DNA from: Octopus bimaculoides
Taxonomy: Eukaryota
Direction: 5' to 3'
NCBI RefSeq assembly: GCF_001194135.2
Contig: NC_068998.1
Span: 14,238,812-14,294,713 of the forward strand
Length of the DNA stretch: 55,902 nt
In this document: positions 14,018-25,186 of the stretch, piece after piece
Layout of the letters: every line of letters begins with the position of its first letter
How positions within the stretch are numbered: the stretch's first letter is position 1
Notes under the pieces: generated by a model
Told to the model about the DNA's origin: nothing
Databases searched by the model: none
What the model saw: the letters and a program-made list of their open reading frames with translations, nothing else
Translations under genes and position numbers: made by a program

Positions 14018-15290
14018 TATGCTCTACTCTTTAAGAAATTCAAAACAACTTTGTTAATAATTATATTTTTTCTTTTGTTTCAGATATTATAACATGAACC
14101 CTAAGAAATCTGTTATGGAGAAATATTGCACGGCCCAACGAACTAAGGTTGTAGAATTTATTTTGAAAATGGACGGGTCATTGTGCGCACACAAAGAGCA
14201 TACATGCACCATTACAATGTAAGGAACCTGTCATCTGACTCAGAAATTATTCGTCTAATTCATTGTTTCCAAAATCAGGGCTCTATAGTCGACTTGGCAC
14301 TAGTTGGGAGGCTATGTTCCGTCCGAACCCCAGAAAACAAAACTCACATTGAGCAAAGCATTCAGTAAGATGCAACAACATCCACTAGACGCCGTTCCCG
14401 TAGCTTGACATCCCCAAAATATTATTCCGAAAGGATTTGCGTACGTGCCCATACACGGTGCTATTAATGTAAGAGATAAAGCCGTTACATTACCGGCGAC
14501 GATAGAATTATGCTTTTCATTTTCAAGATATGGCAAGAGATGACAATGAATTCTTCACAAAATAATGATGGGGCGATGAAGCCCATTTTCAACGCAATGG
14601 ATTTGTCAATAAGCAAATCATTAGACTCCGGAGAAGTAAAAATTAGAGAGCCAACCATCAGCGTCGATTGCATCCACTTGAAGTCACAATTTGGTGTGGG
14701 GTGATTGTGGAAAACATAATCGGACCATACTTCTTCGAGAATGAGAGGGGCAACACATTGACAGGGACTGCTGCCCGATACCGAGAAATGTCAGAGAAAT
14801 TTGTCCGCCCAGCTATTCAGGACACTTCAGGTTGGGTGGCAGCAACATGGAGCAACAGCTCATACCGCAAGAGAGAGGACGCAGCTCCCAAGAAACTTGT
14901 TTGTTAAAGAATAATTTCAGAGAGGGAAGATTTGAACTGGTCACCCAATTCTCCTGATCTAACTGCTTCGGATTTTTTCATGTGAGGCTATCTAAAGGAT
15001 CGTGTGTAGATTAACAAACATCACAATATCCAGCATTTGAAGAAAAACATTTGAACAGAAATTCTTGTATTGGGACGTGACACGCTGACCAGTGTCATGG
15101 AAGATGCACTTGAAATGGTACAGGATTGTGGAGCGGTAAACAGAGGTAATTTTAGTGACGTCATTTTTCATAAGTAGACTAAAAACATTCATATATTACA
15201 TTGTCATTTACAGAAATGTTCTTTCAGAAATGAATAAACATTAAGAAGTTATTTAGTTTTAAATGGTAGCGTAACTTCTGGGCCACCCCG
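14018..15290 (+). mobile_element. Decayed Tc1/mariner DNA transposon, DD41D (rosa/Visitor-like) group; left TIR missing
   Basis: The right TIR-like end gtaacttctgggccaccccg is followed by TA at 15291. The internal transposase pseudogene is described in the next feature. Confidence 0.85.
14115..15177 (+). pseudogene. Transposase pseudogene (HTH plus DDD domain) with frameshifts and stops
   Basis: Joined frames give MEKYCTAQRTKVVEF/FENGRVIVRTQRAYMHHYNVRN..., WGDEAHFQRNGFVNKQ, HPLEVTIWCG...IIGPYFFENE, QQHGATAHTARE (second catalytic D changed to H), WSPNSPDLTASDFFM*GYLKDRV and FSDVIFHK*. The D2-D3 spacing is about 41 residues. Confidence 0.88.
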
Positions 15291-15375
15291 TACCAGGCTG
15301 GTACTGGGATGAGGTGTCGATTAGCCTCTCTCCTTCCCTTCAAAACTGCTAGCCTTGTACCTAAATAAGAAGTAT
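15291..15375 (+). mobile_element. 3' half of the family A SINE split by the mariner insertion
   Basis: taccaggctggtactggg...tcgattagcc...aaaactgctagccttgtacctaaa continues the consensus from the aagTAccag position. Confidence 0.7.
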
Positions 15376-15611
15376 TTATTATTTATAGCAGAATGAAGTG
15401 TTCATCCAAATACTTGGTGATATAGACCTTATATATCTTTACGTTCTGTTAACATCAAATTTCTCCATTTTTTAAATCCCTGTGGAGTCAACAGAATTAG
15501 TACCAATCATATACTGAGATTGATTTAAGCAACTCTATCATTCCCCACCCTCAAAATAATTCTATATTTACACTAATGTTCGAAGACGTTGAACAAACCA
15601 ATATAATACAG

Positions 15612-17300
15612 AATGGTAGACTGGCAGAACCACGAAACTGACGTACATAATGATTTTCGGTAGTTAATTACACTGCTTTACGTGCGTTCTGGATTCAAAT
15701 CCTTTTAGAGTCGACTTTGATTTTCATTGTTGTGGGTATCATCAATACCAACATCAAACACTGGAGTAGATTGAAAGGACATAGCCGTTACCAGAATCTA
15801 TGGACCTGTAATATATTGGTTGGTGGGTTGGTAGAATCGTTAAAGTGGCTATAAAACTTTTTTGCCGTATGATTTCCTGTCCTTCACGTTATGCGTTCAA
15901 AGCAAAGTTCACCAATTTAACTTTTCTTCTCTTTAAGTTCGATGAAATAATATATCAGTCAAGCAAGGTGGTCGATTCAATCGATTAACTTCCTTCTCGC
16001 AAGGTTACTATTATAATTTAGTGTTTACATAAGGAACAATTATTATCTAGTCTAAAGAAAACTTGGACATTATCATTAAAGAGCTGAAATAGATGCTTTA
16101 AAGAGCTTAAAGTGGCATTTCCCTGCTCTGAGTTTTGAAAAAATATAATGCTCTCAAAACACACATTCATGGCATGAAATCAGTGCTAAACATTAACTAC
16201 TTTGAAACTCTGATATGTACACATTGTAACTGTCAAGCATTTTCTCATTTCTCGACTGAATATATTTAACGTTCACCATCCATTTTTGTTGATACTGTGG
16301 TGTTGGTGACAGTGAGGATGGTGGCTCATGTTATCGTGTTATAACAGTTAAATGATATAGCTAATATAGTTACCTTAATAGGTGGAAAATCAACAATAAG
16401 GCGGTTATAATTATTTTCATAGCAAAAAAGCAAGAACAGCTATCCGCCATTGCAGTCATAATCACTGTGCTCTTGTGGTCCAAAATATCTCAAACCAACT
16501 GGATAATCCCTGCTGTGATGGATATTTACATTAAATATCTAATTTCAATTAGGGCCGCTTGACATTATTAGGGCGTCAACTATGTTATGAAGGCTCAGTT
16601 GTATTTGCATGGAAGAATCAGCCTGTTTGCGCTTCCATTAAATGGTTTCTGTCAACAATTATCTGCTGGATATATGATGTTTGCTTGTGTTCTATGTAGT
16701 TCTCCAATTACCTTCTTTCACAACAGTGAGAGAGAAAAAAATGTCACGGAAGCCATTGTAACAATCGATATCTTTTTTCCCTATAAATCCCAGTTTTCCT
16801 GACATTGTAAAAGCAATGTCCAATTTATCATTGCTATCGTTATCATCCTTATCATAACCATCATTATCATCATCGCTAAATTGTTAGAGCGTAAGAAAAA
16901 GTAACTGTAAAACCTTGCGTCATTCGTTCGTTCCGGCTGTTTACATTCTGACTTCCAGTTCAACTGGAGTCAACGTTTCTTTTCATTCTACATGGTCGCT
17001 AAAATAAGCAGTCATAAATCACAGGGGTTAGTTTTATCGATTGATCCCTCCAACAAAGTTCTGACTTTGAGCCTATTGTAGGAATTATAAAAGGAAGAAT
17101 TGTTACATTGCTTGGTAAATACATAGCAATGTTTGTCCTGCTTATGCATTCTGAGATCAAATTCCGCCTCGGGCAGCTCTGCCTTTCATGCCTACGGAAT
17201 CAATACAATCAAGTACCAGTGAAGTACCGAGTGCAATGTTCACTCGACTTGCCAGTTGTAACAACGGAATCTTCAAATCATACTATCCTAGCTTGAATAA
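15612..17300 (+). mobile_element. Several highly decayed family A SINEs (about 15612, 15818, 16880, 17110), interspersed with unique sequence
   Basis: Degenerate ggcagaa, ttcaaat, ttttcat and gtaccag motifs recur in consensus order. Confidence 0.55.
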
Positions 17301-17693
17301 AGCAAGATCACATTTAAAATGTACCTTTAGATATGCATAAATCTTGTGATGGTCACAGTTCGGATGGCTTTGTCCGAAGTACTGTTGAATCAGAATGGAG
17401 CCCAGAGCTAAATATCAACAATATCGAAGAATAGCCTTCCATTTCTGAAATAACTGCTATCGCTATGCTATTTGTGTAGGGTGACCATTTTGTAAATGTT
17501 AGACTCAAAGCTAAGTCTAGAGATATTAAATTGCAGTTATATGGTAACAGTTTTGATCCCAAGCAGAAACAATAACTGGACTACTTAAAAGAAATTGTGT
17601 AACGATGTGGATAGTATAATAGTTTAGCAGAATTCACCACTGTATTGGAATTCTAACAGGAAGAAAAAACCCAGTATTTAGACGCTGTGGAGT

Positions 17694-17732
<39 letters not shown>

Positions 17733-17749
17733 CCATATCTATCTATCTG

Positions 17750-17808
<59 letters not shown>

Positions 17809-17890
17809 ATCTTTCTATCTATCTATCTATATGAATGTGAAGCATCCCAAGGGATATACGCAGTATCGAACACACATACGCAAGGTTTTA

Positions 17891-18111
17891 TCAATTCGCC
17901 TGGTGCCAAAGTACTTCCAGTCACAGGCAAGCGAGATAACTTGCATGAGGTCCTGTTACAGGAGCTTGCGTCTGGCCTCGTTTCGAGTACGCGGCATTGA
18001 TACTTCACAAAAATGACGAAAGATTAATGTCTACCTCTCCTGTAACAGGATTTGATGCCAGTTATCTAGCTTGTCTATGACTTCCAGGTGTTTTAACACC
18101 AGGCGAATTGA
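17891..18111. repeat. Inverted-repeat (fold-back/MITE-like) element with about 74-bp arms
   Basis: 17891-17964 (tcaattcgcctggtgccaaagtacttccagtcacaggcaagcgagataacttgcatgaggtcctgttacaggag) matches the reverse complement of 18037-18111. Confidence 0.85.
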
Positions 18112-18160
18112 TGAGAATATATTCTCTTACGCTTATGAATAGCAGCCTGCACACGAACTG

Positions 18161-18612
18161 CATGGCTGCAGTCAAATGACTGAAACAAGTAAAATAGTAA
18201 AGGAAACAACCTGAGCTGATTAGGAAGCCAAAGCTTCATACATACATACATACATACATACATACATGCATACATACATACATGCATGCATACGTACATA
18301 CATACATACATACATACATATACCTTGTGTATTCGTGTTTGATATCATTTATATATATATATATATATATATACATATGTGTGTGTGTGTCTTTGAGTGT
18401 GTGTGTGTGTGTACGTGTGTGTGTGTGTGTGTTGCGTGCGTGTGTGTGTGTGCCCCAGCATGGCCGCAGTCAAATGACTGAAACAAGTAAAATAGTAAAG
18501 GAAACAACCTGAGCTGATTAGGAAGCCAAAGCTTCATACATACATACATACATACATACATACATGCATACATACATACATGCATGCATACGTACATACA
18601 TACATACATACA

Positions 18613-18640
<28 letters not shown>
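18161..18640 (+). repeat. Near-identical direct duplication of about 160 bp, offset 298 bp
   Basis: catgg(c/t)cgcagtcaaatgactg...gccaaagcttcatacatac... occurs at 18161 and 18459, with the same microsatellite interruptions in both. Confidence 0.9.
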
Positions 18641-18646
<6 letters not shown>

Positions 18647-18664
18647 CATTATCATATTATTATC

Positions 18665-18827
18665 AAGCATGATATCGTGTTTAGGACATTACATAATGAA
18701 ATTGGTTAAAAGGATAATTCTGTGGAGACAAATAAAAGCTACTGTTATTTGGAGGGCATAATCACGTATAATTCCAAAGAATACTGGTTGAATGTCCCTG
18801 TCAAGCCTCCAATAAAATATAAACACA

Positions 18828-18830
<3 letters not shown>
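18665..18830 (+). mobile_element. Second, more diverged fragment of an R4/Dong-like LINE
   Basis: It translates as HDIVFRTLHNEIG*KDNSVETNKSYCYLEGIITYNSKEYWLNVPVKPPIKYKHSR. This is colinear with HDVVPRILYNEIRRKDNPVDKRIRTHTIVEATTTHNKKECCWNVQVKTSIRCKH at about 28775-28935. Confidence 0.75.
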
Positions 18831-18886
<56 letters not shown>

Positions 18887-19434
18887 AATAAACTATGCAT
18901 ACTACTTTAAAACAGCTGCCCAGGAGATATCAGCATAATAAGTGAAAAAGACAACGTCTGGTATGAAACCAGCTTGACTATAAATTTAGATTTCTATCAA
19001 TAATTAATGGAGTTGAAGAACACAAAACTAGGACAAACACTCTTAATCACAAGATTTCAGCTATAAGCTTTTAAAGGTATTCTCAAATGTAAAGCCTTCC
19101 TGAAATTCTGCATGTAATAAGATGTATAGACGCAAAGGCATTCGTGCTTACACCGAACTATATATGCACACATATATATGCACACATGCATACGTGTGCT
19201 CAGTCATACACATGCATATATATATATATATACATACATGACTGCCCCCGTTTGATGTCGTCTAGATCCCACTGAAAGCGGCTTGCTTCTAGCCAAGAAA
19301 ACGATATCTTCTGAATGGGATCATGCCGGGGTGCTGCTCTGAAGGGATTTAGTTGAACGAATCGACTCTTGGACTCATTATTTTTTGAAGCCTTGTACTT
19401 ATTCCATGCACACACACACACACACACACACACC

Positions 19435-19503
<69 letters not shown>

Positions 19504-19804
19504 GTACATGTGTGTGTGTGTGTGTGAGCTTGCATGTTAGTTCTAATATGAAGGTCGCAGTCTCACTATTTAAAATTGTTATGCACTTTCAGGTTTTAAT
19601 GTCTATATTTATCAGATGTCACTGGTATTGAAACTGATAAACCAAAATCCCTACTCAGCCCCCATATAACTATCAAAAGCTCTTTTTCCTTCATTGTCAG
19701 TTCAATGATAAGAAGTCTTCATTAAAGCCCTAAAAGTTTTTCTTCAAATCTATTTGTTAGCAAACAAGGGAACTTTTTTTTTTACCATGCATCTGAGTAA
19801 ACAG

Positions 19805-19918
19805 ATTTGCTGAGTCATTGGAAGACATTTTTCAGAAACATCACATTTACAAATGTTCATGGAAGACAATACATCTTCGACTGGGATTATATACGAGCTA
19901 ATATATTTCTAGAAGCAG
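19805..19918 (+). CDS. Candidate internal exon (phase 1-1) resembling the C-terminal end of a Venus-flytrap/ANF-receptor domain
   Basis: It is bounded by aaacag| and |gtacaa, is 114 bp long, and only one frame is open: (D)LLSHWKTFFRNITFTNVHGRQYIFDWDYIRANIFLEA(G). It resembles the class C GPCR/iGluR ATD motif LRxxxFTNxxGxQxxFD. The acceptor is weak. Confidence 0.4.
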
Positions 19919-20402
19919 GTACAAATGTGTCTCTAATCTGATTAAACCGTTTCAGAGATTTAGGCTTAATCTCCCAGCTAACATTATTAGATGACAACTG
20001 AACATAATTTGTTGCTTGAGTTTATAATTAGATAGAATATTCATTAGAGCAGCGGATAACATGGTCAAAGTTTTGGATAATCATGTTCACTAATCACAAA
20101 TTTGTGAATAACGATATTCAATGAAATTAGCGACTAGAATCTGGTTAATTTAGATAAGTATATGGACTGTGCAACTGAAGTACTGTGAATTAACCCGAAA
20201 TTTGAAGATATCTGTTATAGATAAATACAATAACTTTTTCTACAAAACACGAAAACCCACAGGATTACAGATTTTCAACGAGTTCCCACGCGCTGAAGGC
20301 TTTAACATTTCTGCAATTCAATAACAGCCTTAATATTTTGATAATTTTAGTGTGCAAGACACATAATAGTCATTCAAAAATATACGAAGAAGGTTAGCTT
20401 CG

Positions 20403-20475
20403 GTGTGTCTGTGTGGTAAGAAGTAAGCTTACCAACCACGTATTTCGTAGACCAGAAACTGAAAGAAATCCGTCG
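20403..20475 (+). mobile_element. Internally deleted family B SINE head
   Basis: gtgtggtaagaagtaagcttaccaaccacgt is joined directly to gtagaccagaaactgaaagaaatccgtcgt, then microsatellite. Confidence 0.7.
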
Positions 20476-21372
20476 TGTGTGTATATCTCTCTCTCTCTCT
20501 CTGTATATATATATANNNNNNNNNNNNNNNNNNNNNNNNNNNNNNNNNNNNNNNNNNNNNNNNNNNNNNNNNNNNNNNNNNNNNNNNNNNNNNNNNNNNN
20601 NNNNNNNNNNNNNNNNNNNNNNNNNNNNNNNNNNNNNNNNNNNNNNNNNNNNNNNNNNNNNNNNNNNNNNNNNNNNNNNNNNNNNNNNNNNNNNNNNNNN
20701 NNNNNNNNNNNNNNNNNNNNNNNNNNNNNNNNNNNNNNNNNNNNNNNNNNNNNNNNNNNNNNNNNNNNNNNNNNNNNNNNNNNNNNNNNNNNNNNNNNNN
20801 NNNNNNNNNNNNNNNNNNNNNNNNNNNNNNNNNNNNNNNNNNNNNNNNNNNNNNNNNNNNNNNNNNNNNNNNNNNNNNNNNNNNNNNNNNNNNNNNNNNN
20901 NNNNNNNNNNNNNNNNNNNNNNNNNNNNNNNNNNNNNNNNNNNNNNNNNNNNNNNNNNNNNNNNNNNNNNNNNNNNNNNNNNNNNNNNNNNNNNNNNNNN
21001 NNNNNNNNNNNNNNNNNNNNNNNNNNNNNNNNNNNNNNNNNNNNNNNNNNNNNNNNNNNNNNNNNNNNNNNNNNNNNNNNNNNNNNNNNNNNNNNNNNNN
21101 NNNNNNNNNNNNNNNNNNNNNNNNNNNNNNNNNNNNNNNNNNNNNNNNNNNNNNNNNNNNNNNNNNNNNNNNNNNNNNNNNNNNNNNNNNNNNNNNNNNN
21201 NNNNNNNNNNNNNNNNNNNNNNNNNNNNNNNNNNNNNNNNNNNNNNNNNNNNNNNNNNNNNNNNNNNNNNNNNNNNNNNNNNNNNNNNNNNNNNNNNNNN
21301 NNNNNNNNNNNNNNNNNNNNNNNNNNNNNNNNNNNNNNNNNNNNNNNNNNNNNNNNNNNNNNNNNNNNNNNN

Positions 21373-21531
21373 GCAAGAGTGGCTGTGTGGTAAGTCGCTT
21401 GATTACCAACCACATGGTTCTGGGTTCAGTCTCACTGCGTGGCACCTTGGGCAAGTGTCTTCTACTATAGCCTCGGGCCGACCAAAGCCTTGTGAGTGGA
21501 TTTGGTAGACGGAAACTGAAAGAAGCCCCGT
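21373..21531 (+). mobile_element. tRNA-derived CORE-type SINE head, family B (octopus OR-like), followed by (TA)n
   Basis: gagtggctgtgtggtaag...gggttcagtctcactgcgtggcaccttgggcaagtgtcttctactatagcc...gaaactgaaagaagccccgt. The CORE-like motif is ccttgggcaagtg. Confidence 0.88.
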
Positions 21532-21564
21532 TATATATATATATATATACGTACACATATGTAT

Positions 21565-21650
21565 TAGTGGTTCTTAAACAGTACGCCGCAATACGCTGGC
21601 CGGTGCACCGCGACTACAATTTTGTTGTGCCACGAAAAATTAAAAATAAG
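21565..21650 (+). mobile_element. Possible hAT element left end
   Basis: tagtggttcttaaacagtacgccgcaatacgctgg...gtgccacgaaaaat resembles CAGTGGTTCTCAAC-type termini. No right end was found. Confidence 0.35.
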
Positions 21651-22179
21651 ATGTTTTTAGAGAATTCATGATGACATATTTGAATATTTTGAAATATTAT
21701 ATCCAATCATGATTAATAAAACAATGTATGCAATAGTTCTCGATAGTTTGTCTTAACTTCTAGCGTAAAATCCCTCATGTCTGCATTTTAAACTTTAAAA
21801 CATTATGTTTTGTCTTTAAAACAGTTTATTTTTTTAATTTTCCATGTGAAATGCGTCATTAATTTTTAACTTTCTAAAGCAAATGCACCAATAATTAAAA
21901 TTTTGTTTTGATCTCAAATGTACCGCTCGACAACAATATTGATTTATTTACAATGAAATAAAGTTATATGGAAAAATTAAGGAAAAATAATAAACATGCA
22001 TTACTAAAGAAAAAATAAATAAATATAAATATATGAAATTAAAATTGCATTGAACTCCGTCGTTGTCAACCATGAACATTCGGTTTTCCGATCACCCGAA
22101 CTAAAATGTCATTGAATTATTATATTCAATAAATACATGTGGTTTTTGCATATTCATGAGATAGACATGCAAATGCTTA

Positions 22180-22347
22180 CGAAGGGGGTGCTGAAAAGTT
22201 CCTGGCTTTAAGGTTAACAGGAAAGGCCTGGTTGGAGGTCCACCATTCCGAGTTCTTTTGCAGGGCTTAAACAAACTGAAGTACCGCTGCAGTAAATGTG
22301 TGAATCTGAGAGGGGGGGGGGGTATGTTGAATAAAATCATAATCAAC
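22180..22347 (+). mobile_element. Truncated copy of the same mariner MITE
   Basis: It begins (ta)cgaagggggtgctgaaaagttcctggcttt. The interior encodes GLNKLKYRCSKCVNLRG..YVE*, resembling the mariner C-terminal motif. It is colinear with the reverse complement of 52933-53153. Confidence 0.8.
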
Positions 22348-22357
22348 TTCTAGCAGA

Positions 22358-22500
22358 GAAGGCGCATGACCAGATGGTCAAGGTTTGGACTCGCGATCAA
22401 ATGTTGTGGGCTCCATTTCTTGGACATCACGTTGTGTCCTTGAACAAGGCACTTCATTTGACGCTGTCATTAAGTCAGCTGTAATGAGTACCGGCAAAGG
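22358..22500 (+). mobile_element. tRNA-derived SINE, family D; other copies at about 33330-33470 - and 49446-49550 +; possible tails at 4498-4585 - and 46050-46125 -
   Basis: The head gaaggcgcatgaccagatggtc is followed by gttgtgtccttgaacaaggcacttcattt. The possible tails carry gcgatggactagcgtcctgtccagctggg (V-domain-like) and gaaaccggaaaaccgggccc. Confidence 0.6.
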
Positions 22501-23045
22501 GCTGGTGCGACTCTGCCTGCCTGTCTAGTTGTCAGTATGTCTGCCTGTCTGTCTACCACCGTCTGTCATATCCTGAATGTTCCATTGGATCAAGAATGAG
22601 CGGAGCGAGAGAATACCCATGTTTGACTACAGCTTCACCAACACAAGAAACAGCAAAATAGTGTACGCGTGCCCAAACCATACTAGCTTGCTAATAAAGG
22701 TGAGTTACAAAAGTTAGGCGTGTCACAAAATTTTAAATTTGAATTTAAATACAAGCACCCTCGGTTTCCTATTGTTGAATTAGGACTTTTCAGCGTTACG
22801 ATACTGCTCTAATAGCGGTGAGGCGATCGTTTCAGTGTCATGAAGCACTCCAGTAGCGATGAGCGTAAGTAGTACGGTACGATGACTTTGACACCCAATG
22901 ATATAACACCGACCAGGCATAGCTTGTTCTGTTTCGCTCTTATTGCGACACATCACTTCGTGTCATTCGTGCCGATTTTGCTTCTCACTCGTAGTGCGCA
23001 TTAATGCTAAGTATTTTCCATCCTTCTACTTTTCATCTTCATATA

Positions 23046-23081
<36 letters not shown>

Positions 23082-23330
23082 CACACAAATATACAATATA
23101 ACAAAATTCAGTTGGATAAAGTATTTGAAAGTGAGGCACCTAGTTAGGTCGGAATAAAATCGTACAGAAGTACTGGCAGAATTATCTTCGAGTCATGTCT
23201 GCAGTTAACTGCACCTAGCTGAGTATATAATCCACTCCTGAGCTATTCAGACATGTACGTTGTACTAAATATACAGTCCATACTATACATCGGAATACGC
23301 AAGTGGCATGTTCCAAGATACTGAATTAAA

Positions 23331-23589
23331 AATAAGTAACAATTCATGAACAGGTATCAATTTTTTACAGCCGTTTTTAACGAAATTTCTAATTGATCAA
23401 TGAGTACATTATGTCATTAGGAAAAAACGTTTTCTTCAGATGATTACATGAATTTTACAATTTTAAAATTATTTTTAAATGTCCTTGATTATAAAATTCA
23501 TGTATTCATCTGAAGAAAACCGTTCAATTAAAGAATTCGTTGGAGACGGCTGTAATAAATTGACACCCGTTCATCAATTGTTACTTATT
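23331..23589. repeat. Imperfect palindrome made of two back-to-back decayed hammerhead-like units
   Basis: The left arm aataagtaacaattcatgaacaggtatcaattttttacagccg...ttttcttcagatgattacatgaatttt matches the reverse complement of the right arm, with about 30 extra bp on the left. Each arm has CTGAAGA (23510-23516 +; 23433-23439 -) and ...ACGGCTGTA, but GAAA has mutated to GAGA or AAAA. Confidence 0.8.
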
Positions 23590-23620
23590 ATTTTTATATA
23601 CAAATAGACATATACATACA

Positions 23621-23680
<60 letters not shown>

Positions 23681-24492
23681 AATATATAGATTCCCAATTC
23701 GACGTTTTGACTTACGTTGAGTTTATCTGTCCCTTGATACCTTATACGTCGATGAGTATGTTATACAGTCGTCAAGAAAACTTAATAATGATGTCGTGTA
23801 CTTAAACGGTATGGAAAGAAGATGGGAAAATCACTGAAATTTTCGAATCCTTCGGTCTATACAATCACTATCAGTACTTACATCTCACATATCGTTATCC
23901 AAAAGAGCAAACTTAATCCCATGAATTTTGCCGACGCAGGCAATTACTATTTTATAGGACGTTGGTTTCTAAGCACTTCATTTACGATCGCCTCTCAGTT
24001 GTTACACAGACATTTATACAAAAATGAAAGGCCGTTGTATCGTATCATGAAATCAATCAACATTTATCACTTCTAGCAAAAAAAAAAAAAAAGTGGAAGA
24101 TTTAATAGCGACTGTTTAATAACCAACGAAACTGGTAAACTTAGGAACAATAACTGTGATAGTCCTGCTGAGGTCTATAAAACCCAAAAGATAGATTTTA
24201 TAGACAAAAGATGAATATATTATATGTAACATTAGAAGGCAAAGAAACAGTAAAAATCTTATGTGCATTAACGAATGGCTGATGAACGACAAAATATTAC
24301 TGAAGTAATTTCAAAGCTTGCACGCATATATATATATGTGTGTGTGCGCGACGTGTGTGTGTATGTATATATATTCATTTACGCACATGTATGAATATAT
24401 ACGTATATATACACACATGAATGTATGCGTGTGCGTGCATATATAAATATATAATCTTATATGTATGTATCTATATATATATAGATAGATAA

Positions 24493-24582
<90 letters not shown>

Positions 24583-25135
24583 TGTGAGCATACGTCTGTT
24601 CCTTTACATCAGTGTGGTGAGTACCTGATTGGTGGCTGGAGGCCAACCAGCTCCGAGGCACAGAGGCCACACAGACGTAGATAAATAAAAACAAAAAAGA
24701 TACAATTCATAATTAAATATATGACTAAATAAGAAACCAATAACAAACAAGTCAATTAAATCAAAACAGTGATGGTGTAAACGATAAAGTTTATTATCAA
24801 ACTTTCCGTCTGAGAAGAATAGAAGAGAAGTAAATAAAGATCCAAGCATAAAAGACATAAGCAGAGGTAGAACCAGACAAACAAAGATACAGGAACGCAA
24901 TAAATGTCAATCGCGATGGTAATTTCCATCAACTGAAGAATGATTACCGAAAACTGTAAAATTCAAATATTCTTTTGATGTCTTATGATTAACAACACAT
25001 CGTCGCGACAGAATCATAGAATTATCAATACAGTATAAACGTGAATACGATAATTAGTGAATTAATTATAATTAAACACACCTTGTCAGACCAAGGTTGT
25101 AACTTTACTGTCTCTTCCCAGATATATATATATGT

Positions 25136-25186
<51 letters not shown>

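Noticed and set aside
16712-16798. Minus-strand AG/GT-bounded open frame KLGFIGKKDIDCYNGFRDIFFSLTVVKE; similar short frames at about 7065, 9330, 17330, 18917, 22630 and 44178
   Set aside because: Splice signals are weak or the peptides are unrecognisable. Open frames of this length arise often by chance.
24915-24965. Hammerhead-like CTGAAGA...GAAAACTGTA
   Set aside because: Stem II cannot close and stem I has no complement.
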